A stretch of DNA of 64,000 nt from a bacterium. Its GTDB lineage: Bacteria > Zhuqueibacterota > Zhuqueibacteria > Zhuqueibacterales > Zhuqueibacteraceae. The notes under the pieces were generated by a model. That model ran no database searches, had not been told where the DNA came from, and saw nothing but the letters and a program-made list of their open reading frames with translations. The translations under genes and the position numbers were made by a program. Positions 26,855 to 36,746 of this stretch are shown piece after piece. The first letter of the stretch is position 1; every line of letters begins with the position of its first letter. The stretch covers positions 1-64,000 of the forward strand of contig JBIOXB010000036.1 of NCBI GenBank assembly GCA_044869275.1, read 5' to 3'.

Positions 26855-27316
26855 TCATCCTCCATCATTCTGCAAGACCGGCGGATTGAAGATTTCCATC
26901 CAGATCTCGGGAGATTTTATTTCAGCCCAGCCGAATTGCCGGTAAAATTCGTGCGCGTCACGCGTGGCCAAGCTCCAGCGCCGCAACCCTTGCAAGTCCG
27001 GATGAGACATAACCGCGGAAATCAGCCATTTCCCCAAGCCCTTGCCTCGGCAACTCTCGTCGACGAAGACGTCACACAAATAAGCGAATGTGGCGCAATC
27101 GCTGATCACGCGAGCGAAACCAATTTGCTGGTTGCCGGAATACAGGCCGAAGCAGATCGAACTTTTGAGGGAATGCTCGATCGTTTCACGCGTTCTGCCC
27201 TGGGCCCAATAGGCGCGCGCTAAAAAAGCCGACACCGCCTCTAGATCGAGGCGTGATTTATCCGTGCTGATCGTGTAGCCGCCCTGGCAGCATTCGTAGC
27301 TGTCCATTTGGCTCAC
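26855..27316 (-). CDS. GNAT N-acetyltransferase
   Basis: QIGFARVISD, AYLCDVFV...RGKGLGK, ATRDAHEFY. Confidence 0.93.
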   Translation of the reverse strand: MSQMDSYECCQGGYTISTDKSRLDLEAVSAFLARAYWAQGRTRETIEHSLKSSICFGLYSGNQQIGFARVISDCATFAYLCDVFVDESCRGKGLGKWLISAVMSHPDLQGLRRWSLATRDAHEFYRQFGWAEIKSPEIWMEIFNPPVLQNDGG

Positions 27317-29736
27317 CGCAGCTCGACCACGGTGACACCATAATCTCCTTCGCCCAGGGGCGCGTCACCGAAACGGCTGACGCCGGGATAGGTTTTGAGG
27401 TAGTCGGTAATGCCTTTGCGCAGCGCGCCCGTGCCTTTGCCGTGAATGAGGCGCACCTGTTGCCAGCCGGCGAGCAGGGCTTCATCCAAAAATTTGTCGA
27501 CCGCGGCCACGGCTTCATCATAGCGCATGCCGCGCAAGTCGATTTCCGGCTGAGTATTCGCGGCGGCGTGTGAAATTTTTGGAAGGGAAGAAGCGGGCTT
27601 ATGCACCGGCGCGGCGGTGCCGCGCAGTTCTTCCTTGGGCACACGCGCGCGCAAAATACCGGCTCCGATCAGGACCTTGTTCGTGGCATCCGGAGGTTCC
27701 AAAACCGTGACCACGGAGTTTTGTGTCGACCACAACACTTGCGCGCCCGGCTGCAAATCGAGCGAAGTTCCGGATGCGGCGGGCGGCGCCGCAAGCAAAT
27801 TTTCCTTTTCCGTCGCGACTTGCTCGCGCAGTGCCTGTACGTTTTCTTTCACTTCCCGAATCGCCTCACGCGAAGCGTTTTGCTCCCGCAATGTACGAAT
27901 GGCATTCTCAATGGTGGCATTGGCGTTGTGCAGCAGCGCTTCGGCTGCCGCCACGGCATCTTGTTTCAGCTTTTGTTCCTGCGCTTTGAAACGTGCGTAA
28001 CGGTCTTCGTAGTGCTCGCGTTTCTCACGCAGCTGGCTTTCCTCTTCCTGCAAATTCGCAGTCAACTGTTTTTGGTGTGAAAGCTGCGCTTGCAGCTCCG
28101 CTAATAGAGCCTCGACGCTGCTCTTCTCGCTGCCGGTGAAGTCGCGCGCGGTTTCGATCAAACGATCTTCCAAACCCATGCGTGCGGCGATCTCGAAGGC
28201 GTAGCTCGCGCCGGGCAATCCCGCTCGAAATTTGTATGTGGGAGTCAATGACGCTTGATCGAAATCCATGGAACCGTTGCGCATGCCGGGCTCGGTCTGC
28301 GCGAAATGCTTCAACGCGCCGTGATGCGTCGTCGCCATCGTCAAGCAGTGGCGGTGGTGCAACTCTCTGAGAATCGCCATGGACAACGCCGCGCCCGCTT
28401 CAGGATCGGTGCCGACGCCGATTTCATCCAATAACACCAAATCGCCGGGCTGGGCGCCGCGCAAGATCTCCACCAGCCGCGACATGTGCGAAGTGAAAGT
28501 CGAGAGATCGTCCTCGATCGACTGCCGGTCGCCGATATCGACAAAGATATTCTTGAACAACGGCATCTCGCTGTCCGGCTCGGCAGGAATATGCAGGCCG
28601 CAGCGCACCATCAGGGCCAGCAAGCCCGCCGTTTTCAGCGCCACGGTTTTGCCGCCGGCATTGGGGCCGCTGATGATCAGGGTGTTGAACGTCAGGTTCT
28701 GCTGCGCCGCAGGCACGCCGAGCTCCAGATCGAGCGGTACGACGGTGGGACGCTCGCGCGGGCTTTCGACGCGCAGCAAGAGCAGAGGGTGCCGCGCGCC
28801 GATGAGCCTGAGCTGCGGTGCCGTCTGCAAAGCGGGCGCATGCGCGCCCCAGCGTTGCGAGGCCACGGTTTTGGCGTGAATCATGTCGATCTGAATCATG
28901 CGCTCGTGGTTGCCTTGCAGCGCGGGCAATACCCGGCGAAAGCGATTGGACAGCTCCAGCAAGATTCTCTCTATCTCTTCGCGCTCGGCGCTGTACAGTT
29001 GGCGGATGCGATTGTTGGCTGCCACGGATTCCATCGGTTCGATGAACACGGTTTTACCGCTGGCGGATTCATCGTGAATCAGTCCGGAAACGCGGCTGCG
29101 AAATTCATCTTTCAACATCAACACCAGGCGGCCCTCGCGCAAGGTGATCATGTGCTCTTGCAACATCTCCCGCTCGGCCAGATTCTTGGCAATGCGCTGC
29201 AGCGTCTCGCGCGCTGCGGCAGTGGCGCGCGTGATTTCCTTGCGCAGCCGTTGCAGCGCCGGGCTGGCGGAATCCTTGACCGAGCCCTCAGTGAAGCTGA
29301 GTGCCGCTTCGACCGCGTGTTCCTCGGCCGGCAAATTCAAAATGCCCTGCGCGATCGCCTGCAACAGCGGCACGCGCTCGCGGTGCGCCATCAGAAAGCC
29401 GCGCACGCGCCGGGCTGAAGCCAAAAAAATTGCCAAGTCGATCAACTCGCGCGGTTCCAACGCGCGGCCCTCGAGCTGAAGTTGTTCCAGGGCCGAACGA
29501 AGATCAGGGAAAGAGGAGATGGGCAGATTTTCGCCGGCGTCGAGCAAACCGCGCATTTCGGTGATTTCGTCGAGACGGGTTTGCGCTTCGGCAAGGGTAG
29601 GCAACGGAGATAATTGCAGCAAACGCTCGGCGCCCGGAGCGGAATGCGCATAAGCCGCCAACTGCTGGAGAATCTTGGCAAGTTCTAAAGCGTGCGCGGC
29701 GGAAGCGAAGCTGTCATGTGCAGGCCCAGCCGTCAT
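27313..29736 (-). CDS. mutS2: MutS2 with C-terminal Smr domain
   Basis: SASGKTVFIEP, SGPNAGGKT, DIGDRQSIEDDLSTFTSH, LLDEIG, IDLRGM...IHGKGTGALR. Confidence 0.96.
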   Translation of the reverse strand: MTAGPAHDSFASAAHALELAKILQQLAAYAHSAPGAERLLQLSPLPTLAEAQTRLDEITEMRGLLDAGENLPISSFPDLRSALEQLQLEGRALEPRELIDLAIFLASARRVRGFLMAHRERVPLLQAIAQGILNLPAEEHAVEAALSFTEGSVKDSASPALQRLRKEITRATAAARETLQRIAKNLAEREMLQEHMITLREGRLVLMLKDEFRSRVSGLIHDESASGKTVFIEPMESVAANNRIRQLYSAEREEIERILLELSNRFRRVLPALQGNHERMIQIDMIHAKTVASQRWGAHAPALQTAPQLRLIGARHPLLLLRVESPRERPTVVPLDLELGVPAAQQNLTFNTLIISGPNAGGKTVALKTAGLLALMVRCGLHIPAEPDSEMPLFKNIFVDIGDRQSIEDDLSTFTSHMSRLVEILRGAQPGDLVLLDEIGVGTDPEAGAALSMAILRELHHRHCLTMATTHHGALKHFAQTEPGMRNGSMDFDQASLTPTYKFRAGLPGASYAFEIAARMGLEDRLIETARDFTGSEKSSVEALLAELQAQLSHQKQLTANLQEEESQLREKREHYEDRYARFKAQEQKLKQDAVAAAEALLHNANATIENAIRTLREQNASREAIREVKENVQALREQVATEKENLLAAPPAASGTSLDLQPGAQVLWSTQNSVVTVLEPPDATNKVLIGAGILRARVPKEELRGTAAPVHKPASSLPKISHAAANTQPEIDLRGMRYDEAVAAVDKFLDEALLAGWQQVRLIHGKGTGALRKGITDYLKTYPGVSRFGDAPLGEGDYGVTVVELR

Positions 29737-30362
29737 GGGTACATTTCTTCAAGCTGCTCGGGCGTGAGCGTGCACACGCCCAGTCTTTGCCAAAGCAGAA
29801 GGATTCGGTCTTCCGGCCCGCCAACGCCGCGCAGCGCGGTGATGATGTTTTGTTCGAAGGTGGGTGTGACCGGGATCAATCTGCGCACGTAATTGTACTG
29901 CAGCGGCAAAAAGCATCTCACCTGCCGGTACAGCAGGCTGTAGGTTTCGGTGTAGGTCACGGTTTGCGTCAAGGGCAGGATGGAAAAGCCCAGCGCCAAC
30001 AGGCTCACGAGCAAGAACCCGCGATACGCTCCCAGCAAGGCGCCGGCGATGCGATCGAACCACTCCACCACCTGCATTTTGATGAGATTGTGAATCCATT
30101 GCGCGAAAAACACCCACAACAGCGTGAGCAGACCAAAGAGAAACGCCGCGCCGAACAGCAAGCTCATGTCCGGAGGCAATTGCAGCACAAACCCGAAAAA
30201 GCCCACGGTGTAGCGCATCAACAGCAGCATCAACCCCAGCGCAAAATGGAAACCCATGAGCCTGAGCAGACTGTCATAGAAACCACTGCGATAACCGACG
30301 TAGCTGAAGAGAAAGATGAAAGTGATGATGGTAACATCGGCAAAGGTGATTACGAGGGACAT
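29733..30362 (-). CDS. cvpA: CvpA (colicin V production) family membrane protein
   Basis: D...GYRSGF and DRIAGALLGAYRG motifs, four TM helices, position between yqeY and mutS2. Confidence 0.8.
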   Translation of the reverse strand: MSLVITFADVTIITFIFLFSYVGYRSGFYDSLLRLMGFHFALGLMLLLMRYTVGFFGFVLQLPPDMSLLFGAAFLFGLLTLLWVFFAQWIHNLIKMQVVEWFDRIAGALLGAYRGFLLVSLLALGFSILPLTQTVTYTETYSLLYRQVRCFLPLQYNYVRRLIPVTPTFEQNIITALRGVGGPEDRILLLWQRLGVCTLTPEQLEEMYP

Positions 30363-30383
30363 GCGGGGGTTATCCTCTCGGCT

Positions 30384-30827
30384 TCATCCCAAACGTTCGC
30401 GCACGAGTTGCTGCACCATCTTGCCGTCCGCGCGGCCTTTGATTTGCGGCATGATTTTGCCCATGACTTTGCCGAGGTCGCTGGCGCTTTTCGCGCCGGT
30501 TTCTTGCAGTGCCGCCATCACGATCGCCTCGATCTCCGCGGGCGACAGGGCTTGGGGTAAATAAGAGGAAAGCACCTCCAGCTCGGCGGCCTCCTTTTCC
30601 GCCAAGTCAGCACGGTCGGCGTTGCGATAGGCTGCGATGGCTTCGCGGCGCTTCTTGGCCGCGCTCAGCAAGACTTCCATCTCTTCTTCCGGGCTGGGCG
30701 CGTGCTGTTTGTTGATCTGAAAATCTTTCAATTGGCCGCGCAGCAGGCGTATGGTTTCCGTGCGAACCTTGTCGCCACTTTTCATTGCCGCCTTTAAATC
30801 ATCGTTGAGCTTGTCCAACAGGGCCAT
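30384..30827 (-). CDS. GatB/YqeY domain protein
   Basis: DLKAAMKSGDK, KKRREA, YLPQALS, DLGKVMG...GRADG; RBS GGAGG. Confidence 0.95.
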   Translation of the reverse strand: MALLDKLNDDLKAAMKSGDKVRTETIRLLRGQLKDFQINKQHAPSPEEEMEVLLSAAKKRREAIAAYRNADRADLAEKEAAELEVLSSYLPQALSPAEIEAIVMAALQETGAKSASDLGKVMGKIMPQIKGRADGKMVQQLVRERLG

Positions 30828-30882
30828 GAGTTTTTCCTCCACTCGCGCGGGAATGAAACGGGGATGTGTTTGCTGCGAAAGC

Positions 30883-31083
30883 TTATTGGTTTTCCAGCAA
30901 CTGCATGCGGCGTTGCTTGCGCTGCGCGAGCTTGAGCTTGCGTTTTTTCTTCTCGCTGGGCTTTTCAAAGTGTTTGCGTTTTCTCAGCTCCGACATGAGC
31001 CCTGCTTTTTCACATGCTTTGGTGAAGCGCCGCAGCGCTTTTTCGAAGCTTTCATGATCGCGCACTTTGATACCGGTAGGCAT
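30883..31083 (-). CDS. rpsU: 30S ribosomal protein S21
   Basis: [10 protein letters not shown]...AG...[11 protein letters not shown]. Confidence 0.97.
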   Translation of the reverse strand: MPTGIKVRDHESFEKALRRFTKACEKAGLMSELRKRKHFEKPSEKKKRKLKLAQRKQRRMQLLENQ

Positions 31084-31142
31084 AACGGCTTCAAACCTCT
31101 TGATAAGTTGTGAGTAATGGTAAAAAATACTGTTTCAAAAAG

Positions 31143-31221
31143 AACCGCAGAGAACGCGAAGCTCGAAGAGCAATTCCCAAAGTCGAACCGTCATGCTCTT
31201 GTGGTTGGCGCACTCTGCGGT
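31143..31221. repeat. Degenerate nonamer tandem / inverted hairpin upstream of rpsU
   Basis: accgcagag aacgcgaag ctcgaagag ... ctcttgtgg ttggcgca ctctgcggt. Confidence 0.6.
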
Positions 31222-31307
31222 CTTCACCAGTTCTCGGGGCTTTCAGGAATCATAAGCGGGAAAATTAAACAAGAATACCCCAGATAAGCAAGAACTTTTT
31301 CCGCCAT

Positions 31308-32051
31308 TTAACCTAATTGTCCAAATGCAGTGAAAGTTTTGATGATGGCTGCCAGCGCGGCGGTGTCAGCACGCAGCCGGCGCGGGCCCAGGCTGAACAT
31401 GTGGCATCCCTTTTGTGTTGCCAATTGAACTTCACGCTCTGTGAAGCCGCCTTCCGGACCAATAATCAGAAGAATTTTGCGTGGGGGAGAGCCCTCGGCA
31501 AAATATCGCAGCGGATCACCGCTGCCTTCATGCGCCAGCAGGCAAAAGTCATATTCGCGGGCCACCTCGCAGGTTTCCACAAAAGACCGCGGCTCGCCGA
31601 TTTCAGGCCAGACGGAACGGCAGCATTGTTTCATGGCGGCCAAAGCCAGACGCCGCCAGCGTTCCACCTTCGCCGCCTTCGCTTCGACCTCGGTGCGTTC
31701 CGTCAGCATGGGAATAATTTCAGCCACGCCCAATTCCGTGGCTTTTTCCACGATCCAGTCGAAACGATTTCCTTTGGGCACGGCTGGCGCCAGGGTGAGG
31801 TGGGTAAAAGATTCGCCGTAGCGCCGCATTTTCTTGATCACGCGCGCGATGGTCTTTTCACGCTGGAGAGAGATAATTTCCGCGTCCGCCGCGAGACCGG
31901 CGCCATCCACGACGATAATGCGCTCGCCCACGCGATGATGCAGCACGCGCGACAAATGGCGATGCTCTTCGCCGGTCAAAAAGATTTCTTCGTTTTGAAA
32001 TTGTTCGGGTGGAGCGTAAAAGACTTCGCGGCGGGACATACTATTGGCCAC
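31308..32051 (-). CDS. rsmE: 16S rRNA m3U1498 methyltransferase
   Basis: HLSRVL, EKATELGV, AMKQC, IGPEGGFTERE, SLGPRRLRADTA. Confidence 0.96.
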   Translation of the reverse strand: MANSMSRREVFYAPPEQFQNEEIFLTGEEHRHLSRVLHHRVGERIIVVDGAGLAADAEIISLQREKTIARVIKKMRRYGESFTHLTLAPAVPKGNRFDWIVEKATELGVAEIIPMLTERTEVEAKAAKVERWRRLALAAMKQCCRSVWPEIGEPRSFVETCEVAREYDFCLLAHEGSGDPLRYFAEGSPPRKILLIIGPEGGFTEREVQLATQKGCHMFSLGPRRLRADTAALAAIIKTFTAFGQLG

Positions 32052-32105
32052 CGAATTTCACGGAAACAGGGCAAAAAAGCCGACATACAAGATAGGCACG
32101 TGCTC

Positions 32106-32429
32106 TTAGACCACGGGTTGAGGCATCGTTTCCATCATATTCGGCGCAGACATAATGGTAATATGATAGCCGTAAACCATCAAAATGTCGGTCGAAATCT
32201 GACTAGCTAATTCCTGTATGGCGATTTCGCGGTCTTCGTCGCCCGGCATGATCACATTGACCCAGAATTGATCGGTGCTTTCCATGCTCTCCGTGATGCT
32301 GACCAATTCAAGCTCTGGAAACTGCTGCTTCAGCTTGTTGAAAAGCATCAAACCAAGTTCGCGTTCTTTGAAGTTCACTTGCACGGCTTGAATATTTCTT
32401 TTGGCTTTGGCGAGAAAAATGATCTGCAT
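32106..32429 (-). CDS. Small hypothetical protein
   Basis: RBS-like GAAGGGGGG; protein-like composition (FPELELVSITES...DEDREIAIQELASQISTDILMVYGY). Confidence 0.65.
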   Translation of the reverse strand: MQIIFLAKAKRNIQAVQVNFKERELGLMLFNKLKQQFPELELVSITESMESTDQFWVNVIMPGDEDREIAIQELASQISTDILMVYGYHITIMSAPNMMETMPQPVV

Positions 32430-32587
32430 TTCTGCCCCCCCTTCGCATGTCAAAGTACGGCATGACGACCTAAAGCGCAAGAAGAGTTTTCATCCGGGTG
32501 ACACAATGATTTGTCAAGCGTATAGTCAAGTGACTATTCCGTTGGTGTGACAAAAGTAAAGCGCACTGATTTTTTGGAAGTGAATGC

Positions 32588-32622
32588 AATTCTCAATTGA
32601 TAATTGCCAATTGATAATTGGC
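32588..32622. repeat. Heptamer tandem (AATTNNN)5
   Basis: aattctc aattgat aattgcc aattgat aattggc. Confidence 0.75.
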
Positions 32623-32628
32623 GTGTTC

Positions 32629-34002
32629 TCAAAACGCCACACCCATGTCGAAAATCCCCTGCAACCTGCCCTTGTCATCGCTGGCCACTTCCAGCCGCAC
32701 CAGGCCGAGGACGGGCACATGAAAATGCAAGCCGGCGCCGAAGCCGCTGAGGCCGGTTTTCAAATCGGGAATCTCGTTCTTCGACCACGCGATGCCGTAA
32801 TCATAAAAGAGCGCGAGGTTCATCCCGAATTTGACGTTGCTCATATAGGGCAGCAAGAAACCCGGCACCGTTTGCCGCAGCAGGCTGCTATTTGCCGCGC
32901 TGAGATAGCGCATGGGCAGAAGCGGCAACCGCGCTTCCACGCTGCCGAGCGCCACATGCCGGCCTGAAACGCGATCGAAGAACCGGCCGCGCACGCGATT
33001 CGAGTAACCCAAATACACCAAATCATAAACCGGAATTTTGTTGCGGCCGAGGTCGGCCATGCCGTAGGCCGCCAGGGTCAAGTGTGTGTTGATTTTTTGA
33101 TAGCGCCGCACATCCACGCCGTAACGCTGATAGTTGATTTTTTCCTGCTTGAAACCCACGCGGCGAGCGGACAGCCGCACGTACGTGCCTTCCAAGGGAT
33201 ATTCGTAAAAGTCGCGCGCATCGTACGTGTAGGTCAATCCGAGGGAAGGCAGCTCATCCTTGCCGGAGCGGTTGAGCGTTTGTCCGGAGACGTAGGGATC
33301 CATCTCCAACTCGGAATAACCCAGGTTCACGCTGAGGTAGTTGAAATACCCGAAGCGCCGGCCCAAGGAGAAACTGCCGCCGATGCGTTTCTCAGTGACT
33401 TCCTGTTGATTCTGTTCAAAGAAGCGGTTTTGTGTGCGCGAGCTGAAGAAACGCCAGCGCCCGAACAAATTGGCTTTGCCGAACATCCAGGGGTTGGCGT
33501 AATCGAGCTGTACGGAGGGGTTGTAGCCGGCCCAGCCCGAGGCGGAGATGGTTTCATTACGGCCGCGAAAGTTCAGGTGCAAGAGTCCCGCGCCATAGGA
33601 AAGCTTGTTCCAATTCCACTCGCGATCGTTTAAAAAGACGATGGGATAGGGATAAAGAAACCAGCTTTCGAAAACCGTGACAATGATCTCCACACCGGTG
33701 GCGGCGCGATAGCCTTCAATGTCGACACGGCTGAAAATGCCGAGATTCAGAATGCGCTTGCGGTCGCGCGCCAAAACTTCAGAGTCGGCAATGGCGCCGA
33801 CCTTGGATTGCATCTCGCGCAGAATTACGTGCGGTTTGGTGCGGCGGTTGCCCGCAATAATAATTGCGCAGATGCGCGATGGGGAGGAAGCGGAGGAGAC
33901 TGCCGTCGAATCACTCGCGGTTGGCGCTTCCTGCGGCCACGCTGTGCCGGCGAGCCCAGGCACGAGCGCAAAAAACAAAATCCAGGTGATCGCTTTCATC
34001 AT
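32629..34002 (-). CDS. Omp85/BamA-TamA family outer-membrane protein with a single POTRA domain
   Basis: Signal peptide; GNRRTKPHVILRE...NLGIFS (POTRA), NFRGRNE, VRG, terminal Phe. Confidence 0.85.
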   Translation of the reverse strand: MMKAITWILFFALVPGLAGTAWPQEAPTASDSTAVSSASSPSRICAIIIAGNRRTKPHVILREMQSKVGAIADSEVLARDRKRILNLGIFSRVDIEGYRAATGVEIIVTVFESWFLYPYPIVFLNDREWNWNKLSYGAGLLHLNFRGRNETISASGWAGYNPSVQLDYANPWMFGKANLFGRWRFFSSRTQNRFFEQNQQEVTEKRIGGSFSLGRRFGYFNYLSVNLGYSELEMDPYVSGQTLNRSGKDELPSLGLTYTYDARDFYEYPLEGTYVRLSARRVGFKQEKINYQRYGVDVRRYQKINTHLTLAAYGMADLGRNKIPVYDLVYLGYSNRVRGRFFDRVSGRHVALGSVEARLPLLPMRYLSAANSSLLRQTVPGFLLPYMSNVKFGMNLALFYDYGIAWSKNEIPDLKTGLSGFGAGLHFHVPVLGLVRLEVASDDKGRLQGIFDMGVAF

Positions 34003-34018
34003 CCACTACGAGGTTAGC

Positions 34019-35242
34019 TCAAAACTTATCAAGAATCCGGAATGTGATCCGCCATTTGTCGTCGCCGCGGTCCAGACGGCTGGCGAAATCGACGCGCATC
34101 AGATTTTCGGCAAAATAAATCGAAAAACCCGCGTCGCTGCGCAAATCATTCAACTGGAAACTGCCGAAATCAAACAGGCTGGCATCAGGATTTTGTGGAT
34201 CGGCGAACCAGGCATAGCCGGTCTCGGCGAAAACACCCACGGAAATCGATTCCCAGAAAGGCAGAATATTCAAAGGCACGTGATGCAGCCATTGCTGGCC
34301 GATGACGTAATTCGCACTCAAATACAGCAAACGGTCGCCCACAAATTCTTTTTCGCGATAGCCGCGCAAATTGCCCAAGCCGCCGAGCGGCAGCAAGTGT
34401 TGAAATCCGCGGCTGCCGGAGCGCGATCCCGCCAGCAATTTGATTTGAAACTTTTGATCGCCGAAAGTGGGCTGGTAGCGCTTGAGCGTCAGCAGCAGCG
34501 CTTCGGTTTCGAAATCTTGCTGTGTGACTTCGAACTGCGCGTCGGCGTACCAGCCGGAAAGCGGAAAGACGGGATTGTCACGGCCATCGAGCACGGTGGA
34601 GAGGCGCACCGACAATTCTTCGCCGGGCAATACCGGCTGGCTCGTGCGCACGTTGGGGGGATATTTCTTGTCCCGCCCGAACACGCTCCACTCGGAATTC
34701 TTTTGCAGCACTTCGTAGCGATGACCGCTGACCTCCAGCCGCAAGGAATGCGTTTGCTGGAAACGGTAATCGAGATAACCGCGCGCGCCGCGGCGCTCGA
34801 AATAATCCATGAAATCTTCGTGCAGAAAAATGCCGGCGAGGGTGTTCTCCAGCGCGCTGATCAGCCAGCGATCGTTGCTCTCGACTTTGTTGAAATAATC
34901 GGCGCCCACGGCGAACTGCTGTGGCAGGAAGAATATTTTTTGCACGCCGGTTTGCCAGCGCCAGCGGCGCCCGTCTTCATTCTTGAAGCCGTAGCCCGCG
35001 TCGCCGTACAGCGTGAAGCCTTCCCATTTCTGCGGGTGAAGTTTGACGCCGAGATTGAGTTGCAGCGCTTCGACGCGGTTGAAGTGCGTATTCGTGTAAA
35101 ACGAAAAATTACGGCCACGCTGAAAAAATTGGTTTTCGCTCACGCGCTCGATCTTGAATTGCGCCCCGAGGGGCAAGGCAAAAAACAAAAGACAAAAAGC
35201 AAAAAAGAAATAACCATGGACCGATGGCAAACTTTTACGCAT
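34019..35242 (-). CDS. Outer-membrane beta-barrel protein (Omp85-like/DUF5686-like, no POTRA)
   Basis: FNRVE, LGGLGNLRGY...EFVGDR, terminal Phe, signal peptide. Confidence 0.75.
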   Translation of the reverse strand: MRKSLPSVHGYFFFAFCLLFFALPLGAQFKIERVSENQFFQRGRNFSFYTNTHFNRVEALQLNLGVKLHPQKWEGFTLYGDAGYGFKNEDGRRWRWQTGVQKIFFLPQQFAVGADYFNKVESNDRWLISALENTLAGIFLHEDFMDYFERRGARGYLDYRFQQTHSLRLEVSGHRYEVLQKNSEWSVFGRDKKYPPNVRTSQPVLPGEELSVRLSTVLDGRDNPVFPLSGWYADAQFEVTQQDFETEALLLTLKRYQPTFGDQKFQIKLLAGSRSGSRGFQHLLPLGGLGNLRGYREKEFVGDRLLYLSANYVIGQQWLHHVPLNILPFWESISVGVFAETGYAWFADPQNPDASLFDFGSFQLNDLRSDAGFSIYFAENLMRVDFASRLDRGDDKWRITFRILDKF

Positions 35243-35623
35243 GCAAAACCCCTGTGCAAGTCATCCTCATGTTGCCTCAGATTTTGGAAAAAGAAAAAGC
35301 GGGTCAAACAGATTCAACGGAGGAACCTCGTTGTGCCAGCAGCAATAGAAACTTGATCCGTTTGATCTGCTCCACCCGCTTGCGTGATGGGATTGAACAA
35401 TAGCATGTCCTCATGAAATCATTCACGCAAAGTAGCAAAAGGAGCGGGAAATATGCAAGCGATCTTTTGAGAGAATAAGGGCGGGACACACACGCGCCAG
35501 CCGTGCCCGGGGAGATGGACCCCCCAACGCCGATCGCAGGCGGTAACGGAAGCGAAGGTGACCACGCCGCCCAGCACGAGCGCGGACACCGGCGCGACCG
35601 GGGTCAAAATGTGCGCCGGGCGT

Positions 35624-36397
35624 TCAGCCGCCAAAGTTTTCGGCGCATTGTTCCCAGTTGACAACTTGCCAAAAATTCGCGACGTACTCCGCGCGCTTGT
35701 TTTGATAACGCAGATAATACGCGTGTTCCCAAACGTCGAGGCCGAGCACGGGCTTCTTGCCGCTGGCGAGAGGGGAGTCCTGATTGAGCGTCTGCATAAT
35801 GCTCAGCTCGCCCGTACGGTTGACCACCAGCCACGCCCACCCGCTACCGAACAAAGTCGAGGCTGCTTTCACGAATTTTTCCTGGAACGCCTCGAACGAC
35901 CCGAAATCGCGTTTGATCGCGTCGCCCAAGCTTCCTGCCGGCTTTTGGCCGCCCGGCGGGCTCATCATGCGCCAGAACAAGCAGTGATTGACATAGCCGC
36001 CGCCGCTGTTGCGGATCACGGTGCGCACCTCGGAGGGCAACACTTCAAGGTTGGCGAGGAGATCGACGATCGTGATACCGTGCAAATCCGTGCGGTTTTT
36101 CAGCGCGTTGTTGAGATTGTCAACGAACGTCTGATGATGGCGGCCGTGATGAATCTGCATGGTTTGCTCGTCGATGGCGGCCGCCAGGGCGTTGAACGCA
36201 TAGGGTAATTCCGGCAGCGCGAAGGGATATTCCGCCGCCGCTCCAGGCGCGAGCCTGGCAAAATCGATGCGGGCCGGTGCCGCCGGCGCTGTAGGCGTGG
36301 CGTGCCCGCTCCCAGGCAGAAGCCAGGCCCCCATTGCTGCGCCAACCATTTTACCCAAGGCTTCCCGTCGTGTTTGCAAAAATTGTCTTTCATTCAT
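35624..36397 (-). CDS. sodA: Mn(Fe) superoxide dismutase with twin-arginine signal peptide
   Basis: LPELPYA, HHGRHH, GGGYVNHCLFW, FGSGWAWL, NQD, DVWEHAYY; N-terminal TRREAL followed by an h-region. Confidence 0.93.
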   Translation of the reverse strand: MNERQFLQTRREALGKMVGAAMGAWLLPGSGHATPTAPAAPARIDFARLAPGAAAEYPFALPELPYAFNALAAAIDEQTMQIHHGRHHQTFVDNLNNALKNRTDLHGITIVDLLANLEVLPSEVRTVIRNSGGGYVNHCLFWRMMSPPGGQKPAGSLGDAIKRDFGSFEAFQEKFVKAASTLFGSGWAWLVVNRTGELSIMQTLNQDSPLASGKKPVLGLDVWEHAYYLRYQNKRAEYVANFWQVVNWEQCAENFGG

Positions 36398-36746
36398 GTT
36401 GCTGTTCTCGTCATTGCGGAGTTCGCAGAAAGGCGCTTCGTGTAATTCAAAAGTGTAACCCGGCGAACAACCTCTGGCATTCGTGCCGTTGCCTTTGTTC
36501 GTTGAGAGCCTCTCTCCGAATCCAGTTTCATTGAAAAGGGTTGCCCGCTTCATTCCGCCACGGCGGGGCGAGCATACCCATGAAGATGGTCTTGGGATAG
36601 GCTCTGCGCAATTGGCATGCCAGCGTGAAACTCCTGGTCGCTACATTGGCTAGGGTCAAAGTTCCCGAAAAATGAGAAGAGCTGTGGGGAGGAGCTTCTT
36701 CATTGCAGAAAGGCATCGTTGCTCATGAGGAGAAAACGTTGTAGAA

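Noticed and set aside
24759..32051. rsmE-rpsU-yqeY-cvpA-mutS2-suhB block as a novel system
   Set aside because: Ordinary conserved housekeeping neighbourhood
33719..35356. 545-aa plus-strand ORF
   Set aside because: Antisense shadow of two well-supported outer-membrane protein genes; no recognisable motifs
35243..35623. GC-rich intergenic stretch with an 81-aa ORF (35419-35664)
   Set aside because: No recognisable protein or RNA motif, and it overlaps the SOD 3' end
36398..36600. Mn-sensing yybP-ykoY riboswitch upstream of Mn-SOD
   Set aside because: Hairpins are present but I could not find the characteristic conserved segments
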